Shown: one piece after another, positions 6,561 to 14,807 of the stretch
How the letters are laid out: every line of letters begins with the position of its first letter
Position numbering within the stretch: position 1 is the stretch's first letter
Assembly: GCA_030637655.1 (NCBI GenBank)
Contig: DAOWGI010000081.1
Span: 1 to 15,162, forward strand
Origin: a candidate division FCPU426 bacterium
GTDB lineage: Bacteria; Oederibacteriota; JAAXVQ01; JAUVAV01
Direction: 5' to 3'
Length of the DNA: 15,162 nt
Program-made: the position numbers and the translations under genes
The notes under the pieces: generated by a model
The model's database searches: none
Seen by the model: the letters and a program-made list of their open reading frames with translations, nothing else
Told to the model about the DNA's origin: nothing

Positions 6561-9191
6561 TTGAAAACACATCATTTCAAATTAAAAAATGGTTTAACCG
6601 TAATTGCCAAACCTATCCAGGCCGTACCCGTGGTATCAGTCTACCTCTGGTACCAGGTCGGATCGCGAAATGAACCGGCCGGGCAATCCGGTCTGGCTCA
6701 TTTTTTAGAACACATGCTCTTTAAAGGGACCAAACAGTTTCCTAAAGGAGAGATTGCGCGCCAGGTGGAAAGAACCGGTGGGCAACAAAACGCGTTTACC
6801 AGTTATGATTATACTGCCTATTTTGCAACCGTCCCGGCGCAGTATCTTGAATTGGTTTTGAAAATCGAAGCAGATCGTATGCAACAGGCAAGCTTGAATG
6901 CCAAGGAATTTGAACAGGAACGGACAGTTATTTTGTCTGAGCTGAAAGGGAATCGCAATCATCCCCAAGTTCGCTTTCAGGAATTAATTAACGCGCAAAC
7001 CTGGATTACCCATCCGTATCGGAGACCGATCATTGGTTGGCAAGAGGAAGTTGAAACTCTGACTTTAAAACAACTACAAGATTTTTATGCTGCCTATTAT
7101 CAACCGGACAATGCCACTCTGGTAGTGGCAGGTGATTTTACTATTCCGCAACTCCGGAATCTGCTCAGACGCTATTTTTATAAAATACCCGGTGGAAAAA
7201 AGATTGCTGCCAAGCAACTACAAGAAGAGCTGCCCAGCGGAGAACGTCGCGTGCATTTGAAAGACCACGGATCCGCAGCGATGTTTCAAATTAATTTACC
7301 TATACCCGCAGCCGGTGATAAGGATCATTATGCCATTACGGTTTTAAATGAAGTGTTGAGTAAGGGGAAAACAGCACGTATGTATCAGGCCTTAGTGGAT
7401 ACCGGCTTGGCTACCGCAGTGGTGGGTTCGCCCTATGAAATGATTGATCCCGGAGTATGGACCTTGCGTGTTCATTGCCAGCGCGGGGTACAACCACAGC
7501 AGGTTGAAAAAGTAGTGTTGGCAGAACTGGAAAAAGCCAAGAACCAATTGCTCTCGGAAAAAGAATTTCACAAAGCCGTCAATCAAACCCGGGCGGAATT
7601 GATCTATGCGAAAGACAGCATTACGGATCAGGCCATGTTGTTGGGTTTTTATCAGACCGTGGCCCAAGATTGGAAATTGCCGGACTTGTATCCGGAACGC
7701 GTTGCCGCGGTTACGCGGCCGGCGGTTCAGCTGACAGCTAAAAAATATTTTGTGCGTGATCGCATGACCATTGGACATTTTATACCACATACAGCAGAAC
7801 GCTTTGGATCTGAACCAAGACTAAAATCCGATATTGCATCATTGAAACCGATTCATACCCCGGAAAATATGCCGGTCCTGCCGCCCATCTCTCAACCGGT
7901 ACGACGAGGAGCAAGCGCAAAGCCGAGCCGGCGGAAAACAGCGGCAGGTCGGAAATATGTGCTATCCAATGGTCTGACAGTGTTGGTACAAGCCAATCCC
8001 GGCAATCCGATGTTTGTGCTCACAGGTTTAGTGCGCGGCGGCATTGCGCAGGAACCCGAAGATTTGCCCGGATTAGCTGCTGTGCATGCGCACATGTTGG
8101 ATCGCGGTGATAAAAAACGCACTGCCAGGCAAATTGCTCAGGCCCTGGAGTTTAAAGGCGCGGTGCTTAGTTTTGCCGCCAGGCCTGAAATGCTTAATAT
8201 TTCCGGAGAAGCCTTGAGTGAAGATTTGGATATGCTGCTGGAAATTTTAGCCAAGGCCTTGTGTCAACCGGTTTTTCCCAAAAGGGAATTGGAAAAGGTT
8301 CGTCAAAAAACATTAACTGCTTGTTTGGCGGCGCAGGACAATTCCGATCTGCAAGCTTGGCAGGGATTTTATGAACTGGCCTATCCGGCCGGGCATCCCA
8401 GGCGCCGCAGTTTGATCACTGCTGAGGCAGGCGTGAAAAAGATCCAACAGCAGGATCTGCTGAAATATCACCAAAACACCATAGTTCCCAGTAACACCAT
8501 ACTATCTATTTCCGGAAACGTTATGCCCGCTACAGTAGCACAGCTGGTAAAAAAATATTTCGGGAATTGGCAGAGTGTCGGACGGATTTCCCCAATGGTG
8601 CCTTTGGCAGCTATGCCGCGTGTGAAAAAAAGCAGACAAAAAAGCCTGGCCTTGCCGGGCAAGAGCGAGAGTATCGTGGTCCTGGGGCACGAAGGAATTC
8701 ATCGTAAGGATCCGGAATACTATCAGGCCTTTGTGGCCAATCAAATTTTGGGCGGCGCCGGGCTTTCCAGCCTCTTGATGCGGGAAGTGCGGGAGAAAGC
8801 TGGGTTGACATATTCGATCTATTCGCATTTTAAACTCATGGCAGGTGAACGGCCCTGGTGTCTGGTGCTGCAGGCAAATCCCCGGCAGGTGAAAAAGGCG
8901 GTGCGATTGTCATTGACTCAAATTGAATACTTGCAAGCCGGGAAAATATCTCCCAAACTGCTGGAAGATAACCAGGAACGGTTGGTGGGAGGATTAGCCA
9001 TGAGCCAGGAAAACAATTCCGGGATTGCCTATTTGAATCGGGAAGTGGAATATCATAATTTGGGACCTGATTATCCCGCGGCCTATGCCCGCGGCATCCG
9101 GGAAGTCACCTTTAAAAGCATGGTTCGTGCCGCGCGTGATTGGCTGCACCCGGACCGGGTGTTGATGTCAGTGGCTGAGCCGGAAAAATAA
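6561..9191 (+). CDS. Peptidase M16 (pitrilysin/insulinase family) zinc metalloprotease, tandem M16 units fused (876 aa); TTG start
   Basis: Inverted zinc motif HFLEHMLFKGT (HxxEH) with downstream NAFTSYDYTAY and glutamates. A second inactive-type M16 repeat in the C-terminal half. SD GAGGAA upstream of TTG 6561. Confidence 0.85.
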   Translation: MKTHHFKLKNGLTVIAKPIQAVPVVSVYLWYQVGSRNEPAGQSGLAHFLEHMLFKGTKQFPKGEIARQVERTGGQQNAFTSYDYTAYFATVPAQYLELVLKIEADRMQQASLNAKEFEQERTVILSELKGNRNHPQVRFQELINAQTWITHPYRRPIIGWQEEVETLTLKQLQDFYAAYYQPDNATLVVAGDFTIPQLRNLLRRYFYKIPGGKKIAAKQLQEELPSGERRVHLKDHGSAAMFQINLPIPAAGDKDHYAITVLNEVLSKGKTARMYQALVDTGLATAVVGSPYEMIDPGVWTLRVHCQRGVQPQQVEKVVLAELEKAKNQLLSEKEFHKAVNQTRAELIYAKDSITDQAMLLGFYQTVAQDWKLPDLYPERVAAVTRPAVQLTAKKYFVRDRMTIGHFIPHTAERFGSEPRLKSDIASLKPIHTPENMPVLPPISQPVRRGASAKPSRRKTAAGRKYVLSNGLTVLVQANPGNPMFVLTGLVRGGIAQEPEDLPGLAAVHAHMLDRGDKKRTARQIAQALEFKGAVLSFAARPEMLNISGEALSEDLDMLLEILAKALCQPVFPKRELEKVRQKTLTACLAAQDNSDLQAWQGFYELAYPAGHPRRRSLITAEAGVKKIQQQDLLKYHQNTIVPSNTILSISGNVMPATVAQLVKKYFGNWQSVGRISPMVPLAAMPRVKKSRQKSLALPGKSESIVVLGHEGIHRKDPEYYQAFVANQILGGAGLSSLLMREVREKAGLTYSIYSHFKLMAGERPWCLVLQANPRQVKKAVRLSLTQIEYLQAGKISPKLLEDNQERLVGGLAMSQENNSGIAYLNREVEYHNLGPDYPAAYARGIREVTFKSMVRAARDWLHPDRVLMSVAEPEK

Positions 9192-9204
9192 CAGAATGAA
9201 TTAT

Positions 9205-9240
9205 AGGGGCGACCGGCGGGTCGCCCCTACGTTGATTTCT
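9205..9240 (+). terminator. Rho-independent terminator AGGGGCGACC-GGCG-GGTCGCCCCT followed by ACGTTGATTTCT
   Basis: 10-bp GC-rich stem, 4-nt loop, T-rich tail. Immediately after the M16 stop codon. Confidence 0.6.
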
Positions 9241-9368
9241 AACATCACAGATGTGATTAGAAATGTTCCCATGATCCACTGTCAAAAAAATAATATTCTT
9301 TAATAAAAAGGAGAATCCAGAAAAACGGTATCACGCTACAGCAGGTATATAACTGCCAAACAACCACT

Positions 9369-9453
9369 CGTCATCCCAGCATGGTCGTAGCTGGGATCCA
9401 GGACTCTTGTAAACAAAGACTTTTCTGGATCCCGGATCGAGTCCGGGATGACG
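9369..9453 (+). other. 85-nt cloverleaf (four-way junction) element. Outer stem CGTCAT/ATGACG encloses three adjacent 6-bp hairpins (CCCAGC-9nt-GCTGGG; ATCCAG-23nt-CTGGAT; CCCGGA-TCGAG-TCCGGG). tRNA-like but non-canonical structured RNA or DNA element.
   Basis: Base pairing read directly from sequence. The arms abut with no linker nucleotides. Loops contain GG (D-loop-like) and ATCGAGT (T-loop-like), but the middle arm is 35 nt and no canonical anticodon arm can be drawn. Confidence 0.3.
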
Positions 9454-9570
9454 GCGAGGTAGGATCCGAATTAGGCGGTGGATTTCGGGTTCCATTATGA
9501 GTTGACTTCTGTGCCCAGATCAGTATACTGGCGGGAAAGAAAAAAAGAACAGTATCAAAGGAGGAAAAGA

Positions 9571-10392
9571 ATGGCAGAAGAATTTGAGATGAAAAAAGCA
9601 TTTAGCAAGGATTCTATGAAGGGTGTTAGTGGCTTGGTCATTGCCGGGGTAATTATCTTGTTGCTGTTTGTGCTAAATCCCATTGTTATTATTGGGGCCG
9701 GTGAACGCGGTGTGGTGTTTTCGCGCTTTAGTGGTGTGCAGCAAAATGTCATGATGGAAGGATTGAATTTCCGGATTCCGGGTATTGAAAGTATTATTAA
9801 ATTTGATATCAAAACCCAGAAATTAGAACGGCTCAGTCAAGGCGCTTCCAAGGATTTACAGGAAGTCAATCTGCGGACTGTGGTGAATTATCATTTGCAG
9901 GCTGATAAAGTATCCAAACTCTATCAAGAAGTGGGTGTTGATTTTGAACGCAAGGTGATTGAGCCCTCGATTCAAGAGGCAGTCAAAGCCGGAACCGCTC
10001 AGTTCCCGGTGGAAAATATTATTGTGGAGCGTCCGAGATTAAAAGCCATAATCGCGGAAATTCTTAGGAAGAAACTCGTGGAATACGATATCATTCTGGA
10101 AGATGTCAATCTGACAGATATTGAGTTTTCTGCTGAGTTCAATCGCGTGGTTGAGCAAAAACAGATCGAAGAGCAGAAGATTAAAACTGCGGAGTATAAA
10201 AAGAAACAGGCGGAACAGCATAAAGCCACGGTTATTCTGGCAGCCCAGGGCGAGGCGGAGAAGCAGCGCCTGATTCGTTTGCAGGTTACCAAGGATATTG
10301 TGGCCCTGGAGTGGATTAAAAAGTGGGATGGTAAATTGCCGGAGACTGTTATGGGCGGTGACGCCGTACCTATGATTAATTTAAAGAAGTAG
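9571..10392 (+). CDS. SPFH/band-7 (prohibitin/HflC-like) membrane protein
   Basis: Strong SD AAAGGAGG 6 nt before ATG 9571. N-terminal TM helix (LVIAGVIILLLFVLNPIVII), SPFH core (GERGVVFSRFSGVQ...NFRIPGIES), C-terminal coiled-coil (EQKQIEEQKIKTAEYKKKQAEQ). The longer 9478 start would run through the structured element and lacks an SD. Confidence 0.8.
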   Translation: MAEEFEMKKAFSKDSMKGVSGLVIAGVIILLLFVLNPIVIIGAGERGVVFSRFSGVQQNVMMEGLNFRIPGIESIIKFDIKTQKLERLSQGASKDLQEVNLRTVVNYHLQADKVSKLYQEVGVDFERKVIEPSIQEAVKAGTAQFPVENIIVERPRLKAIIAEILRKKLVEYDIILEDVNLTDIEFSAEFNRVVEQKQIEEQKIKTAEYKKKQAEQHKATVILAAQGEAEKQRLIRLQVTKDIVALEWIKKWDGKLPETVMGGDAVPMINLKK

Positions 10393-10429
10393 GGGCGGTC
10401 ATGTTCATTGTGTACACAGGAGATACCAA

Positions 10430-10792
10430 ATGAATGATCCTCTTTTTGCGGGAATTAACCGGGTCAAAGATCCGAAGGCGCTGACAGATCTGGAGAAAAA
10501 GCATCAACCCACGATTGCCGCGCCGGCCCAGGTCAAAGCCAGGGAACCTTTTGCTGTGACCATTACCGTAGGCCAGAGCATGCCCCATCCGGATGAGGGC
10601 GGTCATTGGATTCAGTGGGTGGAACTATATGCCGGTGAAGCTTATTTGGCTCGGGCTGATTTAAGTGCCACCGTATCCGGCACTCCGGTGACCTTTACGC
10701 TTAAGTTGAATCAGGATACGGATTTGGTCGCACGTGCGCGCTGCAATCTGCACGGGATTTGGGAAAATCGCATTCCCATTAAGGTGGAATAA
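10430..10792 (+). CDS. sor: Superoxide reductase, 1Fe type (neelaredoxin/desulfoferrodoxin domain II-only)
   Basis: EKKHQP (Glu-Lys-His motif), HPDEGGHWIQW and CNLHGIW iron ligands (His x4 + Cys). About 120 aa. SD AGGAGA. Confidence 0.8.
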   Translation: MNDPLFAGINRVKDPKALTDLEKKHQPTIAAPAQVKAREPFAVTITVGQSMPHPDEGGHWIQWVELYAGEAYLARADLSATVSGTPVTFTLKLNQDTDLVARARCNLHGIWENRIPIKVE

Positions 10793-10797
10793 ACAGT

Positions 10798-10835
10798 AGG
10801 GGCACAAAATTTTGTGCCCCTACGTTATTATTTTC
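10798..10835 (+). terminator. Rho-independent terminator AGGGGCACAAAA|TTTTGTGCCCCT followed by ACGTTATTATTTTC
   Basis: 12-14-bp perfect stem plus a T-tract, 6 nt after the sor stop codon. Confidence 0.65.
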
Positions 10836-10886
10836 AAAAAACACATTTAACAACCTGCCGAATTGAGTACCTGGGAGGAAGCACTT

Positions 10887-11831
10887 GTGAAAATGCTAAG
10901 TGGTCGTCGGACGAAAAACGCTTTGCTGGCTGGTATTTCATGGTTTGGACATTTTCGGAAACACATTGATAAGATAAACGTATTTCCTGTGCCGGATGGT
11001 GATACCGGTAAAAACATGTATCATGCCTTTCAAGCTGCCCAAAAAGAGCTGGAAGCAGTTCCGGGAAAAACTGCTGCTGAAGTGTCTTGGGCAGCAGCCC
11101 GGGGTGCTTTGATGGGTGGCCGGGGATGCTCAGGCATGATCTTGTCCGGTTTTTTTTCCGGTTTTGCAGAAGGAGTTGGAGATAAAAAAGCGCTTTCCGC
11201 CCACGATCTGGCCCTGGCTTTTCAAGTGGGTTGTTTGCGCGCGCGTGAGCGGATTGATCATCCGGTGGAAGGGACGATTCTTACCGTGGGCGAGGCGGCA
11301 GCGCGTCACGCCCTGGATGAAGCGGACAAATCGAAAAATTTGATTGATGTTATTGTTTCAGCCTGGAAGGGCGCAGAAGCAGCCTTGCGGAATACTCCCG
11401 AGCAATTAAAAATTTTAAAAGAGAATCATGTGGTGGATGCCGGTGGTATGGGCTTGGTTTATTTTCTGGAAGGTATGGTGCGTTTTAATTTTAGGCAGTC
11501 CTTGAACTCTGCGGCTGCGCTAGCCCTGGCGCCGGGCCGGCACGCGAAAATCATGTCACGATCGCGCCAAACCATTACGTTTAAATATTGCACGGAATTT
11601 ATCGTTCGTGGCGAGGGCTTGACCCGCCAAGCGCTGCAGGAAGTCTTGCAGCCTTTGGGTATTGAATTGATGATTGCCTCAGCCGAGAGCGGAATCTATA
11701 AGGTACACGTACACACTAAAAAACCGGAGATGGTATTGAAAAAAGCAGCCCAACTGGGAACCATCTCCTGGCAAAAAGTAGATGATATGGAAAAACAGCA
11801 TCAGCATGCCAGGCAGGAGTTGGCAGAATAG
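10887..11831 (+). CDS. DAK2-domain protein (FakA N-terminal-like, lacking the C-terminal DegV-like domain of full-length FakA/YloV). The start is probably GTG 10887; the ORF is open from TTG 10863.
   Basis: PVPDGDTGKNM (DGDTGxNM Dak2 signature), conserved HPVEGTILTV. GGAGG at 10874-10878 is 8 nt upstream of GTG 10887. Confidence 0.7.
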   Translation: MKMLSGRRTKNALLAGISWFGHFRKHIDKINVFPVPDGDTGKNMYHAFQAAQKELEAVPGKTAAEVSWAAARGALMGGRGCSGMILSGFFSGFAEGVGDKKALSAHDLALAFQVGCLRARERIDHPVEGTILTVGEAAARHALDEADKSKNLIDVIVSAWKGAEAALRNTPEQLKILKENHVVDAGGMGLVYFLEGMVRFNFRQSLNSAAALALAPGRHAKIMSRSRQTITFKYCTEFIVRGEGLTRQALQEVLQPLGIELMIASAESGIYKVHVHTKKPEMVLKKAAQLGTISWQKVDDMEKQHQHARQELAE

Positions 11832-11856
11832 CATGCTGTCAAAGGAGCGTTGACCC

Positions 11857-12714
11857 ATGACTGAACGAATTGCCATTGTAACCGACTCGACAGGTGATTT
11901 GCCGGATTGCCAATTTCAAGCAGCAGGGATTCATCGCGTTCCGCTGTCTGTTTTTTTTGATGATGAAGAGTTCTTGGATTGGGACACGCTAAAGCCCGAA
12001 CAATTTTATGAAAAACTTCAAACCTCACCCCATTTCCCTACTACTGCCCAGCCGGCTCCTGGGAAATTTTTGCAATTATTTCAGAAACTCCAACAGGACG
12101 GCTATACCCATATTCTGTGTATTCATATCTCGCGAAAATTATCCGGCACTTCCCAGTCGGCGATTGTTGCCTCGAAGATGATTGCCGGCATGACCATTGA
12201 GGTCATTGATTCCCGGACCGTATGCCGGACCTTGGGGAGCTTGGTTTTGTATGCTCAGCGTTTGGTACAGGAGGGGCATTCCTTTCAGACTATTGTGGCC
12301 AAGATCAACGAACAGATTTCTAAAACCGCAGTATTTTTTTCCGTGGACAGTTTGGACGCGTTGGCTCGAGGCGGCCGTATTGGCAAAGCGCGCGCGCTGA
12401 TTGGCAAATATCTTGGGATTCGACCGGTGATGACCATACGGGCCGGCCATGGTGAGATCGAGGTGGTGGATAAAGCCCGTTCAGCGGAAGCTGCCGCTGA
12501 GCTGATGGCCAAATTGGCCGGCGCACATATTAAAAAACAGGAGCATTGCCCGCAAGTTACTGTGGTCTATGCGGCCCTTGACCGCTATCGGGATATTCTT
12601 TTCGACTCCCTGCGTAAACAAAATTTTAATATTGATTCCATTCAGCAAGGTCGTATTGGCAGCGTGATTGGCGCGCATATGGGGCCCACTAGCTGGGGCA
12701 TTACCATCTGCTGA
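11857..12714 (+). CDS. DegV-family fatty-acid-binding protein (FakB-like)
   Basis: N-terminal IAIVTDSTGDLP hallmark, about 285 aa. Sits directly downstream of the DAK2 protein (FakA/FakB-like pairing). Confidence 0.8.
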   Translation: MTERIAIVTDSTGDLPDCQFQAAGIHRVPLSVFFDDEEFLDWDTLKPEQFYEKLQTSPHFPTTAQPAPGKFLQLFQKLQQDGYTHILCIHISRKLSGTSQSAIVASKMIAGMTIEVIDSRTVCRTLGSLVLYAQRLVQEGHSFQTIVAKINEQISKTAVFFSVDSLDALARGGRIGKARALIGKYLGIRPVMTIRAGHGEIEVVDKARSAEAAAELMAKLAGAHIKKQEHCPQVTVVYAALDRYRDILFDSLRKQNFNIDSIQQGRIGSVIGAHMGPTSWGITIC

Positions 12715-12800
12715 TTTTATCCTTTAGCATACTCCTGCCCAGCCGATAATGTTACTATGTGAAAAATAAGGATAAACCGCCGGCTTTTTGGAGGGCAGTT

Positions 12801-13169
12801 GTGAAAAAAACAATAGTGGTTGTGGATGATGAGGAAGATATTTTAGGTTTAATTGAAAAAATCCTTTCCAGCAACAGTTATTCCGTTTTGTTGGCCAAAA
12901 ATGGAAAAGAGCTTTTTGAACTACTAAGCCGGATCAAGCCGGATTTGATTGTGCTGGATGTTATGATGCCGGGAAAAGACGGTTACGCTATTTGTGGACA
13001 CCTGAAACAGAAGCTGGAAACCAAAGACATCCCAATAATGATGCTCACGGTATTGGCGGATTCCTCGCATGTTGAAAAAGGAAAAAAAATGGGTGCCGCG
13101 GCATATTTGACCAAACCCTTTGAACCCCGCGAACTGGAACGGCAGATTAAAAAAATCCTGTCTGAGTAA
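12801..13169 (+). CDS. Stand-alone response-regulator receiver domain (CheY-like). The start is probably GTG 12801; the ORF is open from ATG 12759.
   Basis: VVVDDEEDIL, phospho-acceptor Asp in LIVLDVMMPGKDG, LTVLADSS, conserved Lys in YLTKPF. SD GGAGGG 5 nt before GTG 12801. No output domain and no kinase adjacent. Confidence 0.75.
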   Translation: MKKTIVVVDDEEDILGLIEKILSSNSYSVLLAKNGKELFELLSRIKPDLIVLDVMMPGKDGYAICGHLKQKLETKDIPIMMLTVLADSSHVEKGKKMGAAAYLTKPFEPRELERQIKKILSE

Positions 13170-13293
13170 GTATCTACGGTTATCTTTTGAAAAATCGGCT
13201 TGCAGATTTATTCCCGAACTTATAAACTGAGGCACTGAAAAAAGCAAGGAGGAAAGTATACTGAAAAAATATCGTCTTTTAAATATACTGTGC

Positions 13294-14268
13294 TTGCTGG
13301 GATTGGCCGCGTGTTCGCAGCCTGACATTACCCCATACCAATTGAAATATAAATTTACTGATGGTGGAGTGTATCGAGTAGACGCGCGCTACACCTTGGA
13401 TCATCAGCTAAGAAAAATGCATGACAACAGAGTATTTTCGGACAAGCAGGAAGGCCTGCTTGTGAAAACTTCTTTTGAACTGAGGATTGAGCAAAAGAAA
13501 ACGGATTTGCTGCAAGCGAGCTACACCATAAGAAATATCAGTATTCATGATCAAGCAGGTAATTTTCGGTTGGAACTGGGTCCGGACAATGGCCGGATTT
13601 TTTGGTATGGACAAGAGGAAAGCGTGGAGGAGTACTTAGGCCGGCAAGGATTTAGGCAATATCACCAACATATGTCACGGCCGCTGGCGATTTTTAAGAT
13701 TACGCCTTTGGGAGTACAGGTTTCTGACTCAGACGCCACCAGGGAAAATTTTAATTATACCTTTATCCAATTGTTAGGGAAAAACCGGGTGCTTGGTCAA
13801 ATTATTATGAAAAGCATGAAAATCCCACCGGTCTTGATGACGATTTTTAGTGAAGAACCTGTAACCAAAGGTAAAAAGTGGATGTATCAAGGTCCCTATA
13901 CCCGGCGCTTTACGGAATGGGACAAGCCGATGACCACGGTTTTTCAAATTACAGCTGTTGAGCAGGATGGGCTAACCGTTGTTTTTGCCAGTGAGTTAAA
14001 ATTCAGTGGTGAAGAATTAACTTCTTTGGGAAAACAATTTGGTTTAAAAGAATTTGAAAAGGTGGAATTTGAGAGTAGCTGGTTTACGGTGGACGGCAGG
14101 GTTCAATACCAGCCGGATAAAGGACGGCCCGAATCCGGTTCCCTGCTCATTCAGAAGCAGTACGGTATGACCACCAGAGAAGAAAAATGGGAGTTGATTG
14201 AGAAAGAGACGTATGAATTTACGCTGACACTTGAACCTGCGCTGGAAAAACAGGGAACACCGCAATAA
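13294..14268 (+). CDS. Hypothetical lipoprotein. The lipobox L-A-A-C is at codons 13303-13314. The true start is probably upstream at 13258/13261.
   Basis: SD AAGGAGGA at 13246-13253. The in-frame upstream reading (I)LKKYRLLNILCLLGLAAC| is a textbook lipoprotein signal peptide, but the only nearby initiators are CTG 13261 or ATA 13258. The first canonical start is TTG 13294, as in the ORF track. Confidence 0.5.
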   Translation: MLGLAACSQPDITPYQLKYKFTDGGVYRVDARYTLDHQLRKMHDNRVFSDKQEGLLVKTSFELRIEQKKTDLLQASYTIRNISIHDQAGNFRLELGPDNGRIFWYGQEESVEEYLGRQGFRQYHQHMSRPLAIFKITPLGVQVSDSDATRENFNYTFIQLLGKNRVLGQIIMKSMKIPPVLMTIFSEEPVTKGKKWMYQGPYTRRFTEWDKPMTTVFQITAVEQDGLTVVFASELKFSGEELTSLGKQFGLKEFEKVEFESSWFTVDGRVQYQPDKGRPESGSLLIQKQYGMTTREEKWELIEKETYEFTLTLEPALEKQGTPQ

Positions 14269-14333
14269 AAGATTGCTTTTGTCCGGCTGGAATTTTATAC
14301 TGAAACAAAAGTTCTTAATTTTGAGGTGAAAGA

Positions 14334-14807
14334 ATGCGCTGGCTTTTTAAAATAGCACTACTGCAGAGTTTGTTTTTATTAGGAATGGCAGCCATGGCCA
14401 TGGCGGTTACAGCAACGTTTACGCCAATCAATTCGCCAACTACAACTCCGACGCCAACCGTTTCTCCCACCGAGACTGTTTATCTTACTTTTACGCAGAC
14501 CTCGACGGCTACTGAAGTGGTTAACGCTCTGGTAGCTGTGAATCATAATTACTTTAATCCCAAGACCGGGCAAACCCTGGAAATTCGCAATTTGAATACG
14601 CAACACGGTGATATGACGATTCGTGTGTACAATCAAGACGGTTATCTGATCAAGGTATTATTGCACAAGCAATCCCTGACACGGGATACGGTGGTTTCCT
14701 GGGATGGCCGCAACAGTTCCGGGCAGGTTGTGGCCTCCGGCGTTTATGTGATTGTTGTCAATGGCAGCAAACTTAATAAACGATTTCGGGTGGCGGTTAT
14801 TAAATAA
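14334..14807 (+). CDS. Secreted protein: signal peptide, Thr/Pro-rich linker, and a C-terminal FlgD-Ig-like / T9SS-type sorting domain
   Basis: N-terminal MRWLFKIALLQSLFLLGMAAMAMA. The linker is TPINSPTTTPTPTVSPTETVYLTFTQTST. The C-terminal VYNQDGYLIKVLL...VVSWDGRNSSGQVVASGVYVIVVNGSKLNKRFRVAVIK matches the T9SS CTD pattern (vYN..G..V..l......v.WdG.n..G..vasGvY...K....l.K). Confidence 0.5.
   Translation: MRWLFKIALLQSLFLLGMAAMAMAVTATFTPINSPTTTPTPTVSPTETVYLTFTQTSTATEVVNALVAVNHNYFNPKTGQTLEIRNLNTQHGDMTIRVYNQDGYLIKVLLHKQSLTRDTVVSWDGRNSSGQVVASGVYVIVVNGSKLNKRFRVAVIK

Noticed and set aside
6705-8828. Minus-strand ORFs inside the M16 peptidase gene (6705-6968, 7392-7790, 7892-8122, 8468-8828)
   Set aside because: Embedded antisense to an 876-aa CDS with clear motifs. 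No independent evidence.
9369-9453. Canonical tRNA gene
   Set aside because: The cloverleaf has a 7-bp-compatible acceptor and T-loop-like ATCGAGT. The middle arm is 35 nt and no 5-bp/7-nt anticodon arm exists. The D-arm and junction spacing do not fit, and there is no variable loop or CCA. Not callable as tRNA, tRNA-Sec or tmRNA from sequence alone.
9371-9812. Minus-strand ORFs 9371-9601 and 9555-9812 overlapping the structured leader and SPFH start
   Set aside because: No SD. Pro/Ser-rich low-complexity products. Overlap a supported CDS and the RNA-like element.
11679-12678. Small ORFs on both strands within DAK2/DegV genes (e.g. 12139-12450 -, 12197-12400 +, 12285-12526 -)
   Set aside because: Embedded in supported CDSs. 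Gly/Arg/Pro-rich translations characteristic of off-frame GC-rich sequence.
12759-12800. Longer N-terminal extension of the receiver protein (MKNKDKPPAFWRAV)
   Set aside because: GTG 12801 has a well-spaced GGAGGG SD and gives the canonical receiver N-terminus (KKTIVVVDDE). The extension has no SD.
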